A program made the translations under genes and the position numbers. The notes under the pieces were generated by a model. That model had not been told where the DNA came from and did no database searches. It worked only from the letters and a program-made list of their open reading frames with translations. This document shows, in pieces, positions 19,367-28,328 of a stretch of DNA of 55,227 bases (the stretch's first letter is position 1; each line of letters opens with the position of its first letter). The stretch spans positions 1 through 55,227 of the forward strand of contig JBLNAA010000160.1 of the NCBI GenBank assembly GCA_050259135.1, read 5' to 3'. Origin of the DNA: Methylocystaceae bacterium. GTDB lineage: Bacteria > Bacillota > Syntrophomonadia > Syntrophomonadales > JBLNAA01.

Positions 19367-21091
19367 TTGATGGAGAAATTACTTCTTAAAATATTTGGTC
19401 CGATAATAAAGCCCATTATCTCTGAAATCAGAAACCGGATTAAACAACTAAAAAAGCTCCCTATGACCATTATCCAGAAGCTTACCCAGGTTGTCCGGGA
19501 TATCTGGGCTAAGAAAGAGCCTTCTATTGATGACTACATCAGTTTCGGCAACCGTCTGGTTGCTAAAAAGCTGCTGGTTATCATACTGCTGATAGTTCTG
19601 GTTCTAACTTTCGGGATTTATAAATTTACCCCAATAGTAAGTACCAAAATAATGGGATACAAGATTATCCACCTGATCGGAAACCAAACCATTACTTATA
19701 CCGGCAAGGTCAAGATATATAACGAGCAAAATAAATTAATCTACGAAGGTGATATGGTAAGCGGTGTATATTCCGGTTATGGCAAGCTCTACGAGAGTCA
19801 AAGCCGTCTGACCTATGAAGGCCAGTTTAAAAACGGCGTCATGAATGGAAACGGTACCATATACTATGAAAATGGCAAAAAGAAATATGAGGGCAGTATC
19901 ATTAATGGAGTCTACGATGGACTGGGAAAACTATTTAATATGAAAGGCAAGTATATTTATGTTGGGCAGTTTGTCAGCGGCTGCTATTCCGGCCAGGGAC
20001 GAGAGTACTATATTAACAAAGGTATCAAATATGAAGGCAACTTCTTAAATAACCAATATGAAGGACAAGGTAAACTTTACAGTGAAGATGAAAAGCTAAT
20101 TTACTCGGGTCAATTCACCAGCGGTATATACTCCGGCCAGGGGGTAGAATACTGGCCTAACCAGGAAATAAAATACGAGGGTGCCTTTGTCGGCGGTAAT
20201 TATGAAGGACAGGGGAAACTGTTTACCGAGCAGGGGAAATTGGAATATCAAGGGGAGTTTAAAGCCGGGATGCCCAATGGTAAGGGTGAACTGTATGATG
20301 AAAATGGCAGTGTAGTTTATAAGGGTGAATTTATTAATGGGGCTCAGGCCGGTGAAGGTGAATTGGTATCAGAAACAGGGGCTGTTATTTATAAAGGAGC
20401 ATTAGTTAATGACCTTCCCGAAGGCCCGGGAGAAGCGTATAACGACGAAGGCGCCCTGATATATAAAGGGGAGTTTAAAGCCGGCCTTTATTCCGGAGCC
20501 GGCAGCGAATTTTATCCCAATGGCAAGGCCAAATATACCGGCACTTTTTTAGCCGGAGCCTATGAGGGATCCGGTCAATTATTCACGGAAGACGGCAAGC
20601 TCACATACGAAGGCAATTTCAGCGGCGGAAGTTTTAATGGCTTGGGCACCCTCTACAACAGCAATGAGGAAGTAATATACAAAGGATATTTTAAGAATAA
20701 CCAGCCTCATTATGCCGGCTTTCTCACCCTGTCGGAGAAAAAGATCGATGAGCTCCTGGGAGCATCTGAGGCGAAAAGTGATGCTGGCACCAGTCGTTTA
20801 ATAACTTATAAAGACATGGCTATGAGTTTTGAATTGTCAGTGCGCGGTCCCAAGGAAAATCCAACCGTTAGTGTGATTACCCTCACTGGCAAGCAGCAGA
20901 TTTTGGGTATCCGGTTGGATATGAACACCGTACAGATACAAAAATCACTGGGAGCTCCTGCTAAACGGGAGACCGTTACCAAAGGTCAGAGGATATATGA
21001 TATTTGGGAGTATCAGCGAGACGGCTCCGTCTATCGATTCTTCTTCAATAATAATCTAGTCGATTATCTGGAAATCCGCTCCGCCAGTTAA
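19367..21091 (+). CDS. Membrane-anchored MORN-repeat protein
   Basis: One TM (LLVIILLIVLVLTFGIY), then 14 tandem 24-aa repeats of type YxGxGxxYxxxGxxxYxGxFxxG, then a small C-terminal domain. Confidence 0.85.
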   Translation: MMEKLLLKIFGPIIKPIISEIRNRIKQLKKLPMTIIQKLTQVVRDIWAKKEPSIDDYISFGNRLVAKKLLVIILLIVLVLTFGIYKFTPIVSTKIMGYKIIHLIGNQTITYTGKVKIYNEQNKLIYEGDMVSGVYSGYGKLYESQSRLTYEGQFKNGVMNGNGTIYYENGKKKYEGSIINGVYDGLGKLFNMKGKYIYVGQFVSGCYSGQGREYYINKGIKYEGNFLNNQYEGQGKLYSEDEKLIYSGQFTSGIYSGQGVEYWPNQEIKYEGAFVGGNYEGQGKLFTEQGKLEYQGEFKAGMPNGKGELYDENGSVVYKGEFINGAQAGEGELVSETGAVIYKGALVNDLPEGPGEAYNDEGALIYKGEFKAGLYSGAGSEFYPNGKAKYTGTFLAGAYEGSGQLFTEDGKLTYEGNFSGGSFNGLGTLYNSNEEVIYKGYFKNNQPHYAGFLTLSEKKIDELLGASEAKSDAGTSRLITYKDMAMSFELSVRGPKENPTVSVITLTGKQQILGIRLDMNTVQIQKSLGAPAKRETVTKGQRIYDIWEYQRDGSVYRFFFNNNLVDYLEIRSAS

Positions 21092-21131
21092 AGTATGTCC
21101 GCCCTGACATGTCGGCTAGATCATTATAATA

Positions 21132-22265
21132 CTACTTGCGGTATACCCGGGGTATCCGTGAGCCAAGCAAGCCAACCAGGTCGATATTGTTTGGATCAAT
21201 ACCAGATCGGCAGGCTATTTCCTCAGCATATATGGCTTGATTTCCCTGCTTGCCCAATATTACTACTTCATCCCCGACTGCTGCTCCTTCAACACTGCTG
21301 ATATCAATTAAAAAATGATCCATACATGGCTTACCAATTATTGGTGCCCTTTGCTCCCGTATTATTACTTCACCTGCCTTGAGGTGGTGCAAAAAGCTGG
21401 CATCCGCATATCCCAAAGGTACGGTAGCAATCCGAGACGGATACATGGTTTTGAAAGTCCATCCATACCCTAACCCGGAATCAATACCAACCGTTTTAAT
21501 AGCTACCACTTTGGTCTTGATCTGCATTACAGCCTGGATTTGATCATCGATAAACTCATTACCACAGGGAAGACCATAGAGTACTATACCCAGCCGCACC
21601 ATATCATATTCAGCATCGGGCAGACGAATTACTGCCGGACTGCTGCTGGCATGGATCAAGGGAAGATAGACACCCTTTTGCTTGAGCTGGATTAGAAACT
21701 CATTAAAAACCCGTACTTGACCTCTGGCATCATTCAAATTACCACCATACATCGTGTTGATATGAGTATATATACCCTGCAGTTCGAGGTTACTCATTTT
21801 CATAATTTCATCGATAAGGTAAAGCCCTTCGCCCGTTGTTACTCCGTAGCTTCCCATTCCAATGTCAATTCTCAGGTGTACCTTTAACTTTTGCATTCGA
21901 ACACAGGCTCGGTTGTTTAAGGCTAATGTCATTTCAACACTGTTCAGGGTAGGGGTTAGATTTTGTTCGAACAGATAATCAAATTCCGACTCAGCAACCG
22001 AGCCCAGTATCAGGATGGGTACTCCTATACCATTGTGCCTTAATTCCAAGGCTTCACCTACAGTAGCAACCGCCAGGGCATCAATCCCATATTCAATTAG
22101 AACTCGGCTGATTTCTACCGCTCCGTGACCATAAGCATCAGCTTTAACCACAGCAATGATTTTGGTTTTGTTTTTCAGTTGCCCGCGTACCATCTCCAGA
22201 TTATGATGCAAGGCAGCCAGGTCTATTTCTACCCAGCTAAGATTACTCCGTTTCCGATAAGTCAT
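21132..22265 (-). CDS. Alanine racemase-family PLP enzyme (atypical active site)
   Basis: WVEIDL, AVVKADAYGHG, MVRLGI.LYG, GYG, PLGYAD, CMD. Confidence 0.9.
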   Translation of the reverse strand: MTYRKRSNLSWVEIDLAALHHNLEMVRGQLKNKTKIIAVVKADAYGHGAVEISRVLIEYGIDALAVATVGEALELRHNGIGVPILILGSVAESEFDYLFEQNLTPTLNSVEMTLALNNRACVRMQKLKVHLRIDIGMGSYGVTTGEGLYLIDEIMKMSNLELQGIYTHINTMYGGNLNDARGQVRVFNEFLIQLKQKGVYLPLIHASSSPAVIRLPDAEYDMVRLGIVLYGLPCGNEFIDDQIQAVMQIKTKVVAIKTVGIDSGLGYGWTFKTMYPSRIATVPLGYADASFLHHLKAGEVIIREQRAPIIGKPCMDHFLIDISSVEGAAVGDEVVILGKQGNQAIYAEEIACRSGIDPNNIDLVGLLGSRIPRVYRK

Positions 22266-22279
22266 AATTCTTTTACCTT

Positions 22280-22990
22280 TTATGTAAGTCTTTTCTTTAA
22301 CCCGTAACTAATAAGTGTCTGCTCAATCCCTCGCTCGATATCAAATCCACAGTATCCCTTTGCCAGTAAGTACTGCTGCAGTTCAATATTTGTTGGCTGA
22401 CACTTTACCACTGTATCTAGGTCAATGTTGACGGTCTCCTCCAAGTCACGCAGGAGGATAAAGCGAAGTTTACCCCCATACTTAACCAGGATCCGGCTTA
22501 TATACAGCTTCAGCCGTAGACTGTTACACAAGGCCGGGTAATTGTCGGGGGCAACAGTAGACAATATATAGCGGTAACCACCTTGTTTAAGGGTCAGTTT
22601 AATTAATTCCTGATACAGGCTGCTTTGCCATCCCTGGCCTCTAAAGTCAGGGTGAACTATGCCTACTTCCAGATGGGCAACCCGGTGCAGATCCGCTGCT
22701 GATATTCCTGAATCCAGTCCCAGATTGGCCGCTGACTTACCGGGATAACATGCAGCAGCATAACCGATCAGCTCATTCTCAGAATTAAATGCCCCCAGAC
22801 TAATACCCCGTTGATCCAGCAGCCCGTTAACTTCATCCCGGTCAAGGGGATAAAAACTATCGCGGTCATTGATCCCGGTTACTACCAAATCCTGCAAGCT
22901 TATAATCTTATCAATATCCAAGCTGTTAAGCCTTCTCATCCTGCCATCAGGACGGGTTAGATCTGCGATCCAGGTCGGTTCTGTAATCAT
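22280..22990 (-). CDS. GNAT family acetyltransferase
   Basis: Acetyl-CoA motif VHPDFRGQG, TVAPDNYPAL, KYGGKLR; start uncertain (ATG 22990 avoids the overlap given by 23056). Confidence 0.75.
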   Translation of the reverse strand: MITEPTWIADLTRPDGRMRRLNSLDIDKIISLQDLVVTGINDRDSFYPLDRDEVNGLLDQRGISLGAFNSENELIGYAAACYPGKSAANLGLDSGISAADLHRVAHLEVGIVHPDFRGQGWQSSLYQELIKLTLKQGGYRYILSTVAPDNYPALCNSLRLKLYISRILVKYGGKLRFILLRDLEETVNIDLDTVVKCQPTNIELQQYLLAKGYCGFDIERGIEQTLISYGLKKRLT

Positions 22991-22997
22991 GTCAGGC

Positions 22998-25409
22998 CTA
23001 ACCAGGAAGGTTAACCCCCGTACTACTTCCGGCTGCCCGATGAGAAAGCACTGCAAATATCAGCAGTAAGCTCAGGCCGGCTGCAGCTATCAAGCCCACG
23101 CTGCGTAAGTCACCAAAAACCGCCAGGGCTCCGAAAACAAATGGCCCTAGAACCTGTCCCAGGCGGCGTACGGTGCTGTAATAACTCAAAGCTTTACTTT
23201 CACCGACCATTCTGCTCGCAGATAAAGATAAGAAGTAGTTATTCTGAGCCACAATACCAAAGCTGTCCGCCAGGCCCATAATAAGGATTACCATTATGGC
23301 CATCAGTACCCCTCCCTGCCAGGCAAACATCCCCATGGCTGCCACGGTTAATAAGGCTGCCAGCAGAGATGCAGCCCAATCGTTCATTCTGTGCTGAACG
23401 AAACCACCTAACCAGGGTCCCAGGTAAACGATACATAGACCGTAGATTAAAAATCCTCGCCCGATATCTGAAGTTGAAAGCCCGACACTGGCGCCATACA
23501 AGGGGAAGAAGTAGTCCATAAACATACTGCACACCGCCAGGGGGATGGTAATCAGAAGGAAGAAGCAGATAACACTTGGATTTAAGAGGAAGGTGGATGT
23601 CTTTCCTTCCCGGGATTCGGAGGTGGTTAATCCTGGCTCGTTTACCCCTTTCCCCACAAAACGGAAAACAAAGAAGACGACTATCAAGAGCCCAATCAAG
23701 GCAATAAAGAACACGCGTGAATAACCAATACGGTCAGCCAACATGGCCCCTATAGCAATACCACAGTTAAACCCCGCATAGATACCGGCATTATAGCCAG
23801 ATAAGCCCTGGGTTTTCTCTTCCTGGTTGCTGGATGAGGTACTTAACCAGCGCATTGCCATCCAGGAAAATCCGTAACCGATACCAGTAATTGCCCGAGC
23901 CAGAACAAATGCCAGTCCATCCCAGGCTAAACCTGAAAGCAAAAGCCCTATGCCCATAAAAACCAATCCGGTATAGAATGGGAAGCGCCAGCCGCGCCGG
24001 TCAATTATGTAACCGGTCACAATTATGGCTAAGCCTACACAAAGCAGCTCGGCTGAAATCGGTAATCCCAAAACCACTTGCTGGGGCAGCCCCCATAATG
24101 GCTGGTGCAGGTCCTTCATAATCAAAGGTATATACGATGCGGCCATACTGGAGGCTATGAAATAGAAAAAGGCCAAAGGACGTATCATTTCTATATCCAT
24201 TGATCGATTGTTTAACCGTTGGACTGCCGATTTAACCTGATCGGCCATCCGTTTAACTTCCTGTTTGATATAAAGCAGCAGGAAGAGGGTTATTTCAACC
24301 ATAAAGAAAAAAGCAATAATCAGAACGGTTAACGCGTCCAGAGCAATAGCCAGTGATTTCTCTTTGATATAATTCTGGGACAAACTGATGTTAATGCTGG
24401 CAGCCTGGCTGCCTTTTATCTGGCTCGCTGCCTGACTGCTCAAGGGAATACTATAATAGTAAGCGGAGTCCCGAGTCAGGTTTTTGCCGTTATCCTGATG
24501 ATTGGTGCTATAAAGTGCTTTCCCCTGATGATCAGTAATAGTAATACTGTCTATTTGCGGAACCGATTTGATAACAGTCTGCATCCATTCTTCGATTCCA
24601 TATAGTTCATTATAGGCAACCCCCCTGGAGACCACGGAGTTAATATCACGTTGGATTATATTAGCGGTAACCGCTGTATTCTCACGGGCCATTTCATAAT
24701 ATACATTTCGGTACATGAAGTAGTTTAGTCCGGCATAAGTTATTTGGGCCAGAGTTAATATGGATAATACAACCACCAGAAAGGTCTTCTTTTTAAGTTC
24801 GCCTGAATTATCCAGGAAGTCGATACGGGTGAAACATAAAAACAGGATTAAGGCTGCTAATGCAGCAATTATATCCAAATACTGAAGGCTTTTGGCCTTG
24901 GGCAGTGCAACCTGAGACTCAATTACCTTCTGATTAAATACCAAATCAATGCAACCTGCTAAATTATGTTCACGGTTTAACAGTGGTAAAAAGGTATGAT
25001 AATTTCCCTCGAAGGCAACGGCCTGATATTCGCTCTTGGCCAGACTTTTCATATTCAGCTTCTCAAGCAGTTCCGGCGGCAGATTCTCATCCTTAGCCTT
25101 GCCCTGCTGATCATAGAGAACTTGCCCATTTGTAGCGATAACTCTAACCTTATCAATACCTGCTGAATTGTCTTTGATGTCAGACAGAATCTTCTCCATG
25201 CCGTTAAAATTATCCAGTGGTTTACCATACTTTAAAGCGTATTCAATGTTTCTAACCCCATCACCGCCGACCACAGCATAACTGGATACCAATGAATCCG
25301 TATAACTGCTCCTAAACGCAGATATGTTAAGTGCCCCGGTAAATCCCAAAACCAGAATCAGCAGCATCATAACTACCCCGAGCAGCAGTGCACCCTTTTT
25401 AAATGACAT
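22998..25409 (-). CDS. MFS transporter fused to an N-terminal double extracytoplasmic sensor-like region
   Basis: C-terminal ~400 aa with MFS motifs [29 protein letters not shown]; N-terminal ~380 aa TM-domain-TM-TM-domain-TM. Confidence 0.82.
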   Translation of the reverse strand: MSFKKGALLLGVVMMLLILVLGFTGALNISAFRSSYTDSLVSSYAVVGGDGVRNIEYALKYGKPLDNFNGMEKILSDIKDNSAGIDKVRVIATNGQVLYDQQGKAKDENLPPELLEKLNMKSLAKSEYQAVAFEGNYHTFLPLLNREHNLAGCIDLVFNQKVIESQVALPKAKSLQYLDIIAALAALILFLCFTRIDFLDNSGELKKKTFLVVVLSILTLAQITYAGLNYFMYRNVYYEMARENTAVTANIIQRDINSVVSRGVAYNELYGIEEWMQTVIKSVPQIDSITITDHQGKALYSTNHQDNGKNLTRDSAYYYSIPLSSQAASQIKGSQAASINISLSQNYIKEKSLAIALDALTVLIIAFFFMVEITLFLLLYIKQEVKRMADQVKSAVQRLNNRSMDIEMIRPLAFFYFIASSMAASYIPLIMKDLHQPLWGLPQQVVLGLPISAELLCVGLAIIVTGYIIDRRGWRFPFYTGLVFMGIGLLLSGLAWDGLAFVLARAITGIGYGFSWMAMRWLSTSSSNQEEKTQGLSGYNAGIYAGFNCGIAIGAMLADRIGYSRVFFIALIGLLIVVFFVFRFVGKGVNEPGLTTSESREGKTSTFLLNPSVICFFLLITIPLAVCSMFMDYFFPLYGASVGLSTSDIGRGFLIYGLCIVYLGPWLGGFVQHRMNDWAASLLAALLTVAAMGMFAWQGGVLMAIMVILIMGLADSFGIVAQNNYFLSLSASRMVGESKALSYYSTVRRLGQVLGPFVFGALAVFGDLRSVGLIAAAGLSLLLIFAVLSHRAAGSSTGVNLPG

Positions 25410-25471
25410 TGCTCTTCTCCCCCGGATCCTAAATTTCTCTGACTCTAACCTGAGAGCTCTCAGGAAATCAC

Positions 25472-26620
25472 TTACTTGATTGACTGATATATCTCATCTG
25501 CCACCAGGAGAATCTCAAACGGAGGTTTATAATCTATTTTCCTGGCAACTTCCAGGTTTAAGGCAATATGAGGTACATTTTCATACACCTGCAGAAGTTT
25601 TCGAGATGAGGTTCCTTTTAGAATTTTAATCATATTATTAGCCCCGAACTCTCCTACCCCACTGAAGTCAGCCCGGGCTACGCTCATCAAGGCACCGGCG
25701 GTAACCTCTTCGGTTCCCAACTGAGAAAAAACCGGAATCTTCTTTTCATAAAATGGCTGCAACAATTCAGGTAACCGAGCCGGGTCGATGGGGGCCATGG
25801 TCAAATACATGGCGTCCACCTCTTGTGCCAATTGACGATGAAGTGCCAGCAGATCACGATAATATCTTTCCTCATCCGCTTTGTTTACCGGTTCCACAAT
25901 CTGCATCGACTTCACCTCAAATCCCTGTTCCTTGGCCAACTCCTCGGCATCATCAACCGCGGCATATACTCGGCCCAGAGGTGAATTGGCATAAACCATT
26001 CCCATCCGTTTAAAATGAAAGAGGTCATAGAAAACCGTCATTTGGCGTTTATATACTCGGGCATCCATGTGCGCCCAGATATGATCACTGCCGGAATCAT
26101 TTTCTGATTGTATGATGCCGGAGCGAACTGCATTACTGGTTGAAAATACCATTACCGGCACGGTGTGCTGGTCATTAGCTAACAGCTTTCCCGCTGAAGT
26201 TCCCATGCATATAACCAGGTCAATATCCCTTTGCTGGGCCAGGCGGGTTATTATGCCCTGTTTCTCGGGTTCACTCATCTCACTCAGGGTGTAATGACCG
26301 TCTTTAACAAACTCAAGATATGGTGAGATATCCCTGGTTGAAAGCCATTCCCACATGGCGGTGGTATCCAACTGCCCTTCCTGGTACGGTAAACCCTGGG
26401 TACTGGTAATCCATCCTGCTTTTTGCAGTCCTTGAATCAAACCATAAAGAGTTCCCGAGTAATTAATCCAGGGTTCCGTCTCACAATAAGCGATCCGATA
26501 TTTATGCGCCAGTTCACTTTCTTGGTTGGAAACCCCATTGACGGCTACCAGTGGTTGGGGTATCACTAATATGGATAATGCGAGAATTAAGCAGGCACCT
26601 ATTCTCAATAATCTTTTCAT
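25472..26620 (-). CDS. Orphan ABC-type substrate-binding protein (ABC_sub_bind-like)
   Basis: Signal peptide; [47 protein letters not shown]; ATG 26620 follows GGAGGGAG. Confidence 0.8.
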   Translation of the reverse strand: MKRLLRIGACLILALSILVIPQPLVAVNGVSNQESELAHKYRIAYCETEPWINYSGTLYGLIQGLQKAGWITSTQGLPYQEGQLDTTAMWEWLSTRDISPYLEFVKDGHYTLSEMSEPEKQGIITRLAQQRDIDLVICMGTSAGKLLANDQHTVPVMVFSTSNAVRSGIIQSENDSGSDHIWAHMDARVYKRQMTVFYDLFHFKRMGMVYANSPLGRVYAAVDDAEELAKEQGFEVKSMQIVEPVNKADEERYYRDLLALHRQLAQEVDAMYLTMAPIDPARLPELLQPFYEKKIPVFSQLGTEEVTAGALMSVARADFSGVGEFGANNMIKILKGTSSRKLLQVYENVPHIALNLEVARKIDYKPPFEILLVADEIYQSIK

Positions 26621-26634
26621 GATCTCCCTCCGGT

Positions 26635-28194
26635 TCAGGCTTTCTTGTAGGCCCACCAGCGTATCCGGGCCTTGGCGGCTGTAGTAGTTTGACAGCGAAT
26701 ACCGATACGGAAAGTGCCCCTATCCGGATACAGTACGCTTCCAATCGCCATACGCGGCACCAGTGATTCATAATTGCTCTTCTGGAAAACCTCATAAGCT
26801 CCATAGAAGATCTGTTCACTGTGCCCGGTTACCCGATGGTCTTCCTCTTTACTTTTCTCTTCTATTCCGGCTTCAATATAAACGGGTCCATTCCCGAGTC
26901 CATGCTCAATCTCCTCGGAAAAATAGCTCTTACCCGCTTTGGGATTGGCCTCCATATCAATTTCCACCACCCCGGTACTGATTAGGGTGGTTCCCAAGCG
27001 GGGCCTGGGTATCCCCAGGTTAAAATCAAGCTGATTATTTTCCGGATGATATCTGACATCCAGACGTGGTGTTTCCTCAGCATCCATTAAGTAAGCTGAA
27101 GCTTTAGTCTGGTACGGTCCCTGTGATTTGTCGGCCCCCAAAATGCCGAGGTTAAACAAATCAGACTGATTATAGGCATATTCATTAAAAGGAACCGGTT
27201 CCACCTTTTCAATCATAAAACTGGGTCCAATCTGGGTTAGACTGATACGAGCGAGATATATAGCCTGATCTTCCTGGTCCAGATACTGATCCAGGCTCAA
27301 ATTAAGGTAATCATTAAGGATTCTTTCCCGAACGGGTTCAGCAACTATTTGCAGCACCTGGCTGCAATCAACTTCCGGCTCGACTAGCTTTTCGCCCATT
27401 TGAATGCGCATTTGGCGGTTTTTAACCTGCACATTATCAACCAAGCCGGCAGTAGTACCAGCTCGGAATGAATATTTAACCTGGTAAGAACATTCCTGTT
27501 CCTGCTCCGGTTCCAGGAAAGTAATCTTGCCCCCTTCTTTACCGTCAGCACCATAAATAAACTCTCCGCTCAATTCGTATTCAATTTTAAGCCGCGGTAC
27601 CTGCAGCGTCTTCTCCACCATTAAGATAACCTCAAAAATGTCACCCGGATTCACATAGCGGGGGCACTTCTGCCAGATACGCAGCTGTTCATCGCTGTAC
27701 AGGAGACTGGTATCCTCCCGCAAACGTGAGAAACCAAAGGTTGCTGGATCAGGAGCCTCCTCGCGGATAAAAAGATGATAACTTTCCTGAATACGATTAT
27801 ATTCACCGACTTCCTCCGGTCGGGTGGAAGACCCGGCTACTGAATATACGGGCTCCTTGCCTTTTTCGTCATAGGCAATGCACAGATAAATGTTTTTGGC
27901 ATAATCATTACTGACAAAGCCATCAATCATGGATAATTTCTGGGTAACCGGTGAAGCCACAACAATTTCCCTGCCGAAGTAGTCAAGGGCCATACCTGTC
28001 TCAACCGAGATGGTCTTATCATCAACTGCTACAACACGCAAGCCGCATACCACACCAGCACCATTTAGCAACCGATTTATCATCCGGCGTTTATCATTAA
28101 AATACTTTTGCTCGGATTCAAAGTCTCTTACCGTGAGCAATTTACCATAAAAATAACGATTCCTTTCATGGGGATAATACCTGGGGTTTTTCAC
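26635..28194 (-). CDS. eCIS tail fibre / distal baseplate-associated protein
   Basis: N-terminal ERNRYFYGKLLTVRDFESEQKYF...GVVCGLRV...GMALDYFGREI; GTG 28194 follows AAAGGAGG (in-frame TTG at 28293 also possible). Confidence 0.7.
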   Translation of the reverse strand: MKNPRYYPHERNRYFYGKLLTVRDFESEQKYFNDKRRMINRLLNGAGVVCGLRVVAVDDKTISVETGMALDYFGREIVVASPVTQKLSMIDGFVSNDYAKNIYLCIAYDEKGKEPVYSVAGSSTRPEEVGEYNRIQESYHLFIREEAPDPATFGFSRLREDTSLLYSDEQLRIWQKCPRYVNPGDIFEVILMVEKTLQVPRLKIEYELSGEFIYGADGKEGGKITFLEPEQEQECSYQVKYSFRAGTTAGLVDNVQVKNRQMRIQMGEKLVEPEVDCSQVLQIVAEPVRERILNDYLNLSLDQYLDQEDQAIYLARISLTQIGPSFMIEKVEPVPFNEYAYNQSDLFNLGILGADKSQGPYQTKASAYLMDAEETPRLDVRYHPENNQLDFNLGIPRPRLGTTLISTGVVEIDMEANPKAGKSYFSEEIEHGLGNGPVYIEAGIEEKSKEEDHRVTGHSEQIFYGAYEVFQKSNYESLVPRMAIGSVLYPDRGTFRIGIRCQTTTAAKARIRWWAYKKA

Positions 28195-28328
28195 TTCACC
28201 CTCCTCCTTTCTGATAAGCCGCCCGTATAATTGAGTCCCCGGAAACTGTATCCTAAAGCGCCAGATTACCACTTTCCCTGTATCATTCACCAACCTCTGC
28301 TCCCCTTTAAAGCAGAACCTGTAAACAG

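Noticed and set aside
19700-20710. CRISPR array or DNA tandem repeat
   Set aside because: The 72-bp periodicity is protein-level (MORN repeats) with divergent codons; no repeat-spacer array is seen anywhere in the window
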